Assembly (NCBI GenBank): GCA_043228905.1
Contig: JBHGNT010001390.1
Location: 1-9,088 of the forward strand
Direction of reading: 5' to 3'
Source: Azolla caroliniana
Lineage: Eukaryota; Plantae; Polypodiophyta
Length of the DNA: 9,088 bases
Under the pieces are notes generated by a model, which had not been told where the DNA came from, searched no databases, and saw only the letters and a list, made by a program, of their open reading frames with translations. The translations under genes were made by a program, and so were the position numbers. Shown in pieces: positions 1 through 8,319 of this stretch; the stretch's first letter is position 1, and each line of letters begins with the position of its first letter.

Positions 1-2108
1 AAACAGTTCAAAGCTTCATGACCTTGCCCTTTCTGCAAATGCCCTGCAATTACTGCAGCCCAACTGCCAACATCTTGAAAAGGAAGCTCTTCAAGCACTT
101 GTTGTGCTATCCCCAACTCACCACATCTAGCATACATATTCACTAATGCAGTACTGAGCATAGTATCTTTCTCTAGAAAACCTCTACTTGCAATTTCTAT
201 GTGAATTTGTCTCCCCTTGTCTACAGCTCCTGTTTTGCCACATGCGTTTAAAATCGAAATGAAAGTGATCATATCTGTGGAGAGGCCTTCATTTTGCATT
301 TGTTTGAAACAGTTCAGTGCTTCTTCTGTTTGCCCTTGCTGGGCATACCCTACAATAAGGGCAGCCCAAGAGACAACATCTCGATAAGGAAGCTCTTCAA
401 GCACACATTGTGCTCTTGTAAGAACACCACATTTGGCATACATATCTATTACAGCAGTGCCAAGCATTAAATTCTGCTCCAGCATTCCCCTATTCACAAT
501 CTCATCATGAATTTCTCGGCCCTTTTCTATGGCTCCTGTGCTGCCACAAGCCTTTAGAATGGAAACAAAGGTGACCTCATCTGGAGAGTGCCCTTCACTT
601 TTCATCCTCTCAAAACAGTTCAATGCTTCATAACTCTGTCCATGTTGGGTATACCCTGCAATTAGAGCAGACCAAGTTACTACATCTTGGATAGGAAGGT
701 TATCAAGTACTTCTGCTGCTTTTGTGAGCATACCACATTTGGCATACATATCAACCAAAGCAGTACCAAGCACAATGTCCTTCTCTAGCAATCCATTACT
801 CATAATCTCATCATGAATTTGTTTCCCCTTGTCTATGGCCTGCATGCAGGTACACGCCTTCAAGATACAAACATAGGTGGATGCATTTGGAGAGAGACCT
901 TCCCTATGCATTTGCTCGAAACAATTGAATGCTTCATGACATTGGCCTTGTTTGATATACCCTACAATTAACGTAGACCAAAGTTCTACATCTTGGATAG
1001 GAAGATCTTGAAGCAACTTCTGTGCTTTTGAAGGCATGCCACATTTAGCATACATATCCACCAAAGCATTGCCAAGCAACGGATCTTTCTCCACCAAGCC
1101 TCTACTGACAATTTCCTCGTGGATTTGTATTCCCTTGCCAATAGCTCCTATGCTACTACATGCCTTCAAGACACAAATGAATGTCACCGCATTTGGGCAG
1201 AGACCCTCATTTTGCATTTGTCCAAAACAGTCGAGTGCTGCATGACCTTGACCCTGCAGTGCATACCCAGCAACTAGTGCTGACCAAGAGACCACATTTC
1301 GAACCGGAAGCTCTTCGAGCACTCTTTGTGCTTTGGCAAGTACGCCACATTTGACATACATGTCCACCAAAGCATTGCCAAGAACCATGTCATTTTTTAC
1401 CAAACCCCGATTCATAATATCTTCATGAATTTGTTTGCCCTTGTCTATTGCCCCCATGTTGCCACAAGCATTCAATATAGATGTGAAGGTGACCACATTT
1501 GGTGAGAGACCCTCATTTTGCATCTGATGAAAACAGTTCAATGCCTCATGCCATTGACTTTGTTGGACATATCCTGTAATTAGTGCATTCCAAGAGATTA
1601 CATTACGAAAGGGAAGCTCTTCAAGAACCCAACGAGCTTTTGCATTGGCATGACATTTGGCATACATATCCACCAAAGCTGAACCAAGCATAATATCGTT
1701 ATCAAGAAAACCTCTACTCATGATTTCATTATGCATTTTCTCGCCTTTGTTCAGATCTCTTATGCTTCCACAAGCCTTCAAGGCACTAGTGAAAGTGATC
1801 GCGTCTGGCGAAAGACCCTCATTTTGCATCAATTCAAAACAATGTAGTGCTTCGTGACCTTGACCAAGTTGCGCATACCCTGCAATTAATGCTGACCAAG
1901 CAACTACATTCCGAACGGTGAGTTCCTCAAGAACTTGATGTGCTTTGGAAATCACTCCGCATTTAGCATACATATTAATCAAAGAACTTGCAAGATGAGG
2001 GCTCTTTTCAAGTAATCTCCTTTTCAGGATTTCAGCATGTAGCCTACTTCCTTCATGAATATTCTTGTGTTTAGCGCAACCCCTGATTAAGGCAATAAAC
2101 GTAAGGTC
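1..2108 (-). repeat. PPR motif array: 7 x (L-S-P), 306-bp / 102-aa period, last P motif cut by the window edge
   Basis: Seven MY[AV][KR]C (S-motif) copies are spaced 306 nt apart. Motif lengths counted by hand: P 35 aa (VVAWSALIAGYAQLGQGHEALHCFELMQNEGLSPD), L 36 aa (AITFTSALKACGSIRDLNKGEKMHNEIMSRGFLDND), S 31 aa (IMLGSALVDMYAKCHANAKARWVLEELPFRN). Confidence 0.93.
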
Positions 2109-2270
2109 CTCTTTGTATCTATTTGCATGGCCTACGTCTTGTTGGTACATCTGCTGAAGCTCGGATCTGTGTGCTGACAGGAGGACTCCTCGCCTCATCA
2201 CCACTGCAACCTGCGGGACACACGTTGGAATGTGGCATCCATCAATCCATGAAGAAGATTCGCCTGTCAT
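1..2270 (-). CDS. PLS-class pentatricopeptide repeat (PPR) protein, probable organellar RNA-editing factor; 3'-partial (runs off the left edge)
   Basis: Hand translation of the minus frame gives 756 codons without a stop from ATG 2270 (preceded by in-frame TAA TGA) to the window edge: MTGESSSW...EDLTFIALIRGCAKHKNIHEGSRLHAEILKRRLLEKSPHLASSLINMYAKCGVISKAHQVLEELTVRNVVAWSALIAGYAQLGQGHEALHCFELMQNEGLSPDAITFTSALKACGS...DVGSWAAVIAGHLQKGQGHEALNC. The motifs ALVDMYAKCG, VVSWSALIAGY and TFxxxLKAC recur. The start is uncertain (in-frame ATGs also at 2198 and 2150, or an upstream exon). Confidence 0.95.
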   Translation of the reverse strand, partial: MTGESSSWIDGCHIPTCVPQVAVVMRRGVLLSAHRSELQQMYQQDVGHANRYKEDLTFIALIRGCAKHKNIHEGSRLHAEILKRRLLEKSPHLASSLINMYAKCGVISKAHQVLEELTVRNVVAWSALIAGYAQLGQGHEALHCFELMQNEGLSPDAITFTSALKACGSIRDLNKGEKMHNEIMSRGFLDNDIMLGSALVDMYAKCHANAKARWVLEELPFRNVISWNALITGYVQQSQWHEALNCFHQMQNEGLSPNVVTFTSILNACGNMGAIDKGKQIHEDIMNRGLVKNDMVLGNALVDMYVKCGVLAKAQRVLEELPVRNVVSWSALVAGYALQGQGHAALDCFGQMQNEGLCPNAVTFICVLKACSSIGAIGKGIQIHEEIVSRGLVEKDPLLGNALVDMYAKCGMPSKAQKLLQDLPIQDVELWSTLIVGYIKQGQCHEAFNCFEQMHREGLSPNASTYVCILKACTCMQAIDKGKQIHDEIMSNGLLEKDIVLGTALVDMYAKCGMLTKAAEVLDNLPIQDVVTWSALIAGYTQHGQSYEALNCFERMKSEGHSPDEVTFVSILKACGSTGAIEKGREIHDEIVNRGMLEQNLMLGTAVIDMYAKCGVLTRAQCVLEELPYRDVVSWAALIVGYAQQGQTEEALNCFKQMQNEGLSTDMITFISILNACGKTGAVDKGRQIHIEIASRGFLEKDTMLSTALVNMYARCGELGIAQQVLEELPFQDVGSWAAVIAGHLQKGQGHEALNC

Positions 2271-2386
2271 TCATTATGTCTCCAGAAAGTCTGGGCTGTG
2301 GTTGGGTTAGAGCCCGTGGTCTACAGACTATACAACCACCAAAACCATCAAAGTCCATCATAACACGGAGAGTGTCCAAGAAGTTC

Positions 2387-2416
2387 CATATACATACATA
2401 CATACATGCATACATA
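2387..2416. repeat. Imperfect (TACA)n microsatellite upstream of the PPR ORF
   Basis: catatacatacatacatacatgcatacata. Confidence 0.75.
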
Positions 2417-2613
2417 TGGGCATCATTGTAATTTGTATCATTGGAGGAAGATTAGAACTCCCGCCCGCTTCAAAGATTAAATATACCACAATCTGAGTTT
2501 CCTTGGCATTTTGCCACATTAATCTTTGAACGTAGTCTAAGGGAATGTTATTGAGTCTTTGCATGCACTATCTCAAGAGTTCAAATGTGTAACTAACATT
2601 AGGACGGTTTACA

Positions 2614-2621
2614 TTTATATA
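2614..2621 (-). promoter_or_regulatory. Possible TATA box for the PPR gene
   Basis: The minus strand reads TATATAAA about 345 bp upstream of ATG 2270. This is a motif match only, in AT-rich DNA. Confidence 0.2.
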
Positions 2622-2775
2622 ATTAAGTTGTTGACGCTCTGCCTATACTCAGTTGGGTCATGGATGGCAACCCCAACTCCACCCACAACTTCAAATTTTG
2701 ATCTTGTAGAATCATGATTTGCTTGCAATCCACTATTCTAAACTTAAACAACATGTTCAAAATGTAATGGCATTA

Positions 2776-3334
2776 GGAAAGCAAATATCTATGGGTATGT
2801 AGATTATCTCAATGTCTAAGAAGCATTGAAGCTTCTTCGAAATCTTTCATCTCAATTTTATTGGCTAATAGACCATCTATCTTCATTTTAGGAATCAATT
2901 TCTCTCCTCCTAAAACTCTAATCTCAAATTTGTTGGCTAATAGGGGCTAATAGAGTTTTCATTTTCCTCCAATGAGCAAGTCATTAACGTACGTGAGGAT
3001 GAATGTTGTATCGTTGGAATCATTATGCACATAGAGCAATTTGTCCACTTTGGAAATGTGGAACACGATGTGTGCACGAGTGTTGTCTATTTTATTGGCT
3101 AATAAACAATTCATCTTCTTTTTAGCAACCAATTTCTCTCCTCCTAAAACTCTCATCTCAAATTTGCTTGCTAATAGAGCTTTCAACTTCCTTATGGCAA
3201 CCAAGTGCTCTCCTCCAATGAGCAAGTCATCAATGTACACGAGAATGATTGTTGTATCGTTGGAATAATTATGAGTATACAATATTTTGTCCACTTTGGA
3301 AATGTGGAACATAATTTGTGCACAAGTGTTGTGT
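2776..3334 (-). mobile_element. Degenerate Ty1/copia reverse-transcriptase remnant, internally duplicated
   Basis: ORF 3312-2959 encodes IILVYIDDLLIGGEHLVAIRKLKALLASKFEMRVLG, matching the copia RT YVDD...FEMKDLG block (YIDD at 3226-3237, second copy YVND at 2980-2991). Further downstream, LLANKIEMKDF and a frameshifted FLDIEIIYIP (~2870-2776) resemble EMKDLG...FLGIEV. Confidence 0.85.
2856..3332. repeat. Tandem duplication of ~234-246 bp (2856-~3086 vs 3090-~3332)
   Basis: ttttattggctaata at 2856/3090 and aatttctctcctcctaaaactc at 2897/3131 (offset 234); tcctccaatgagcaagtcat at 2965/3211 and tttgtccactttggaaatgtggaaca in both copies (offset 246). Confidence 0.9.
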
Positions 3335-4224
3335 GATCTTTGAGTTCTATGCCCAATATCCTCGTGTGAAATTATTGTCTAATTAACCAAGTTGGAACTT
3401 TTGTTACTACAACTATTATATATTCTTTAGTTACATAGGTACTTGGTAATTAGTGGCACATACTCTCTTTACATTTAATGTTCTAAATATTTTACCTTTA
3501 AATTGATAGTGGGTAATGAATGCACCTCTTCTGTACCCTCTTATTCTTCTTATGACTTATGAAACGGGGCATAAAAGGATAACATTTTCTAATGTTAAGG
3601 GTTTCTCATTTATCAACAAAAATATAATATTGTCCGACTCTTTGTCTCTCTTCTTCTTGTTTTCGCAAATTTATGTTTATATCAAAACAACATGCTTGAC
3701 AACAATCATGATCTTATACATGGCAAACTCTCTAAGGTGTTGCAATACTAAGTGACATAAAAGCAACTCCTTCAAGGACAAGGTGCCTGGAGAGCTTAGT
3801 TGTGAAAATTGCCAAAATTAATGCTTTTAACTTATGAACTTATTGGTTTACTCCATGGAGACCATCAAATAGGAACTCATTTATCTAATTTTACCATATA
3901 CCCCAATGTCGATGTAGTAAAAAACAACCTTATATGATACTGAGGGTCAAGTTCTAATATCTTGAATGGAAACCCCCTTAAAGGGTGATAAAACATCCAT
4001 AGTCAATAATGCTCAATATAAGGAGATAACAACCCAATTTGGCTTTGCAATTAGGCATGTAAGGAATCTATCATTATGAATGGTATTATCCTAATTTATT
4101 CTATAGAAAAAACATACCACATTAGACATGAGTTGATGTTTTAAAGTCATTGCCAAAGACAACCCGATTTTCTAGCAACGAAAAACTTGCACATAAAATG
4201 AAACACATGAAACACCCAAAATCC

Positions 4225-5019
4225 ATGGAAGATTCTGGCTATCGGGAGAGAAGTCCGTCGAATGCGTATGAACACGAGTGTGCAAGTATGCACATGAACT
4301 GGGTCTAATGTATAAAAGAATGTAAATATAAAGTATTTATAAGTACTAGGTAGAGTGTTTAATAGGTAATTTTAAGATCCCTCGAAAAGAGGGGAATAAA
4401 GTTAGTGATGGGAGGAGATCGAGGAGAGGGTATCTTACATAAGCGGTTGTAATAACAGCTTGATGTAACGTCAACCCTCTCTCTCCTTGAGCTATAAAAG
4501 GAATGGAGGGCGACTGAGAGAGGAATCGATCGTTTGAGGGAGGAGAGGACATTGTCGATTTGTACTCTGAGTTCTCGGTTTTCTGTGGGGTGTGGATTCG
4601 GTGAGGCCTCTGCTCGTGTAGGAAGCCCCGATCCCAACCAGAGGCTCATCTTGCGTGAGTGTTGAGCTCGAAGCTTTGTTGGCCGGCCGAAGGCCATTTC
4701 TTTGTACTCTGTCTTGATAATTGATTACTGAGTTTGTCGTATCCAGGTACTCTTCTTGTGTTCCCCACTTCTCTGTATGTGTGTGTGTTTTGAGTCCATT
4801 TTGTTTTCTATCTATTGTGTAGAGGAAGGTCTCGCTTCGCTCTGCCTCCGTTTTCGAGTATCTATTTCGGTTTGTGCGCCCATGTGCTCATCGAGGGAAT
4901 CCGACAACCGAGTCGGTTAGTCCCCGCAGGCTTTGTGGTCTCTCTCTCTCTCCGGCTCCTTAGTTCAAGGCCCCAATGGTTCCACCTGGTCCGACATGTA
5001 CACACAGATATCCGCGACA
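4225..5019 (+). repeat. Putative 5' LTR (left end undefined)
   Basis: TATA-like gcTATAAAAg at 4491-4500 is followed by a GA-rich tract, then a T/CT/GT-rich U5-like part. The region ends in ...tccgcgaCA (5019), 4 nt before the PBS. Confidence 0.65.
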
Positions 5020-5023
5020 GCTT

Positions 5024-5041
5024 TGGTGAACCAGACGTGAA
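5024..5041 (+). other. Primer-binding site complementary to the 3' end of cytosolic tRNA-Trp
   Basis: TGGTGAACCAGACGTGAA matches 17/18 to TGGTGAACCCGACGTGAA, the reverse complement of the plant tRNA-Trp(CCA) 3' end as I recall it (...TTCACGTCGGGTTCACCA). It lies between the LTR-terminal CA and the gag ATG. Confidence 0.8.
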
Positions 5042-5065
5042 AAGGGCGGTAAAGGAGTTTTCAGG

Positions 5066-6322
5066 ATGAGAGGGGGTGAGCTTGGAGAAGCAATGGTGGT
5101 CGCCGTGGACTGCCTTGTGAACGGTCGAAAGAGCTTGTCGAGGCTCGATAGAGCCATTGAAACGATAGTCAGCACATCGGGCCAATTTAATTCGAAGGAT
5201 GTCACAAATTATCTGGACACCTTCAAGGCCAAAATTTTGATGAGAGATATTCCGGACAACAGACGATTGTCTAGATTTTCCCGAGTCGTTACACCGAACA
5301 TCCACGCCGAGGTGCTCGAGATTCGTCCGACTGTTGTAACTGGTTAGAATTCGAGGTCTGGATTCTCAAAAGATACAACCTAGAAGACTCACTCTGAATG
5401 TTGAAAAGGGAGGTCATGGAGTGGGTCGAGCTCCCCGAAAAGGGAAGGAACACATTGACGCTTCTCCAAGAGTTCGAGAAGCGATTTACACGGCAATCGG
5501 CGCTAGATCGGACCATGCTTGATACAAGCAAGGTCGTTTTATTCATCTAGTCGGTTGACTCACTCATTTGCGAGAAGGTGGGTCTCCTCTAGAGACGGAT
5601 GAAGACTTGACGATCGACTAGGAAGTGGTCAAGAGGGTGTGCAGTTGTTTTGATAAACGACATGAATGGAATGATGAAGGGTCGGCATCGACCGACCTGA
5701 CTATAGGTGGAAAAAGAGCCGAGGAGGTACAATCGGATGAGATGAGGAGGCGGTTTGAGTTAGGCCCAATACCGAAGAGATGAAAATAGGACGAGGAGGC
5801 ATGAAGAGGTTGATGGAGGAGGCTACGGCATGACACGATCCATTACTCGGCGTTGGCCGATATCCAAGTCAGAGGGGAGAATGCCAAGTCGGGAAAGGAC
5901 GTTGGATTCTGGCCGATGGTATTGGATGGGTTCTACGAAAAGAAGTTGATGAAGGAGGAAGTGGATTGCAAGGAAAGGCAAGTTTGAGAGGTTATCGGGT
6001 GGAGTGACCCGATCCAGGAAAGGACCAGTTTTGTAGAAGTTGCATGCCAGAACTACGAAGTTCTGGTCGAAGACAAGCGGGTCGGAAAGGCTAGGGAGGC
6101 ACGCCCCTCAGACAAGTATGACACTCGGGGTAGATTGAAGAAACACAATGGTGGTCCGACTAACTTGCATGAAAAAGGGAAGGGAAAGTTTCCGGGCTTC
6201 TGGCTGAGCTCAGAGATTGAGAAGTCGACAAACCTATGAAGGTCTTAGAGGACCGGATCCTTGATAATTGAGTGGAACTCTCGTTGAGGGAAGTATTGGG
6301 CATTGCCAAGAAAGAGTTCCAC
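5066..6322 (+). pseudogene. Disrupted gag-like gene of the LTR element
   Basis: Reads GQFNSKDVTNYLDTFKAKILMRDIPDNRRLSRFSRVVTPNIHAEVLEI, then a frameshift near 5328, then NWLEFEVWILKRYNLEDSL*MLKREVMEWVELPEKGRNTLTLLQEFEKRFTRQSALDRTMLDTSKVVLFI*SVD...ETDEDLTID*EVVKRVC (stops at 5395, 5548, 5619). Later it reads LSSEIEKSTNL/KVLEDRILDN*VELSLREVLGIAKKEFH. Confidence 0.7.

Positions 6323-6324
<2 letters not shown>

Positions 6325-6366
<42 letters not shown>
6325..6366. repeat. (CT)21 microsatellite
   Basis: Perfect 42-bp CT run. Confidence 0.98.
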
Positions 6367-6367
<1 letters not shown>

Positions 6368-6463
6368 GCGTGCAACAAGATCGATAGGCATCATCAATGG
6401 CTTGAAGATATTGACTTGGTAAGGTCAAACATAGAAAAAACAAGACCATCTAAAGAATTCTAG

Positions 6464-7336
6464 TTGCCTAAACAAAGCAACCTACATGAAAAGAAGATTG
6501 ATGATGACTCGAGGACGGAGAAGGCGCTTTCGAGGGAGGATGAATGTTTCGGAACATGTGTTGTGTTTGAAACATCGGATGATGAAGGAGCAAGCTTAAT
6601 CGAAGCTTGCATCAATGGAGATAAAGAGTGTGAGGCTAGCGTAATTGAGGATCTAGCCACTAAAGACGACATCAAGGAGGTGACTATGAACAAGACAACA
6701 AGCGTCGAGAACGACCATGGCCAGATTTTCTCCGCACTTGTTCCAGAGACTTGGGCAATTGCGTCCAAGAACCAACATTAGACCCAAGTGACGGAAGGTG
6801 TCGGTGAGGAGCCGAAGGTCAAAATGAATACATGCGACGAAGAGGGAAGCATAATCGAGGCTTGCTCGATCAAGAGGGTTAATGGGTACAAGGCCCATGA
6901 GTCTATAGAGGTAGCCAAGAAAGAAAACATCGAGTCGGAGGTGGCTCTGAACAAGTCAATGGAGAAAGGTCGTGTCGAGACTTTCCCACCACTAATTCTA
7001 GATACTTCGGCGGTTGCGTTCGAAAGGCAACGTGAGACCGAAGAGACGGAAGCTGGCAGAGAGAAAAGAAAGGTCAAAGTCAATGCATACGATGAAGAGA
7101 TAGCCGAGAAGGTGCCTATGGGCGAAACAACAGAGGACGGTAATACCAACGATTCTTGCCCACTAATTCTAGAGACTTCGACGGTTGTGTCCGAGAACCA
7201 ACATGAGATCGAAGAGACGGGAGGTGGCAACAAGGAATGTAGAGCCGGAAGTGAGTTCACACGGAAGATGATCCGACCGGAATTCCGGCCTACACAAAAG
7301 CCAAACCAAGTGGAAGTGGATTCGGCCGAAATCTAA
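6464..7336 (+). pseudogene. Acidic Glu/Lys-rich reading frame built from in-frame tandem repeats, part of the retroelement, broken by one stop
   Basis: ORFs 6464-6781 and 6788-7336 (and 6272-6463) share one frame. The TAG at 6779 aligns with GAG in the other repeat copies. Confidence 0.55.
6570..7250 (+). repeat. About 3 diverged tandem units (255-258 bp, last shortened to 171 bp)
   Basis: acttgttccagagacttg / actaattctagatacttc / actaattctagagacttc at 6736, 6991, 7162; aaggtcaaa...gaagag at 6815 and 7070; peptides TSDDEGASLIEAC vs TCDEEGSIIEAC. Confidence 0.85.
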
Positions 7337-7621
7337 TTGGTCGAGCCTGACCCGGATGGAAATCATTCCAGTCGGAAGCCGATCAGACGAGACCGATCCG
7401 GAAAGAAGCTAATCTGACTCAATCGGAGGTCGAATCAATCGAGGCCGGTGAACATGAGGAAATGGAAGCCAACCCGGACCGAAACCGATCGGTCGAACCC
7501 GACCCGGAAGGGGGCCGACTCGGTCAAAACCAATCAACCGAGTCCAATTCAGCCGAAAACAAATCTGAACGGAAGCCAATCCAACCGAAAGCCGATCAGC
7601 CAAGACTAATCTGGAAAGAAG
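7260..7621 (+). repeat. Degenerate ~15-bp minisatellite (CCGATC/CCAATC-like core)
   Basis: Cores end at about 7490, 7505, 7520, 7535, 7550, 7565, 7581, 7597 and 7611. Larger similar blocks occur at 7310-7360 vs 7462-7512 and 7373-7408 vs 7587-7621. Confidence 0.6.
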
Positions 7622-8319
7622 TCAAGGTTGATGAAGACAAGGAAGAGGCCAAGCAAGCACACTACCATGGATGACAAGGGCTAAATGACCCAAGCAGATT
7701 TGAAGGTTGTTACCGATGATGAGATCTCTACTAAGGAGGGCTCTAACATGAAGATCATCAACTCTAACACGAGATTGTACGACGAAGGTGGACGAAGTGC
7801 GGAGTGCCTTGACCAAGGAGATGGTCGGGACGAAGGTGGAACATGCATAAAGCCTAAATGGTTATATGCTCGGAAGGAGAACAAGGGGCCATGACAATTG
7901 GTCATGGTAAAGCAAAGAATGAGCAAATGATATGGTGTATTGGGTGGCGACAATGGTTCGAGCGAAGGGAATGGACATGCTTGAAATGGAGGAATCGTAA
8001 TAATCACCATAGCCGAAATCTCACACTCTCTCTTCTTGGCATGTACCAGAGGATGTGCGGTTTGGTGGGGGATGTCATGAAGATTTTCGGCAACGGTGTG
8101 AAAATTGTGTGCAACAAACAAAATCGAGAAGGTGCAATGTGCACGTGTGAAAGGGGTGGAGGCCACACACATATGCTAGCATGTTGTAAATAGGACTGAA
8201 ATGAGAATCGTAAAAGAAAAGCTAGATGTAAAGTTAAACATGTGCACGTGTGATGTGTGCTCAATTGTAAATATAAAAATAAGACTAAAGCCTACTAACA
8301 TTTAAGTGCATACATAGGG

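Larger units (their letters stand above)
4225..8270 (+). mobile_element. Degenerate, probably non-autonomous Ty3/gypsy-like LTR retrotransposon (both boundaries approximate; no matching 3' LTR found)
   Basis: CpG content rises at ~4225. The order is LTR-like region, ...CA end (5019), tRNA PBS (5024-5041), then a gag-like frame from ATG 5066. No protease, RT, RNase H or integrase motifs were recognised downstream. The gypsy assignment rests on recalled resemblance of the gag to moss/liverwort/fern gypsy-like proteins. Confidence 0.7.

Noticed and set aside
1036-1857. Plus-strand ORFs 1036-1245 and 1657-1857 with similar peptides (AYISTKA...)
   Set aside because: Antisense shadows of the PPR repeats; their similarity only reflects the 306-bp period on the minus strand.
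2123-2431. 102-aa plus-strand ORF
   Set aside because: Non-ATG start, antisense to the PPR 5' region, runs into the TACA repeat, and has no recognisable domain.
3907-3911. TGTCG as the 5' end of the LTR (inverse of terminal CGACA)
   Set aside because: Only a 5-bp match, and 3907-4220 is CpG-poor unlike the LTR body; cannot be supported without a second LTR.
3340-4220. AT-rich interval including ORF 3516-3755
   Set aside because: No recognisable protein motif, repeat or RNA structure by eye; low-complexity ORF.
4346-5305. Several ORFs over the LTR and antisense to gag (4346-4552, 4359-4697, 4815-5069, 4862-5305, 4960-5205)
   Set aside because: They overlap non-coding LTR/PBS or are antisense shadows; no domain motifs.
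6160-6449. Minus-strand ORFs with ERERER runs
   Set aside because: Translation artefacts of the (CT)21 microsatellite.
7681-8264. ORFs 7681-8172 (-), 7858-8193 (+), 8004-8264 (-)
   Set aside because: No recognisable motifs; mutually overlapping in probable non-coding retroelement sequence.
4321-8278. Shared TGTAAATATAAA at 4321 and 8267 as evidence of paired LTRs
   Set aside because: A short AT-rich match whose flanks do not align by eye.
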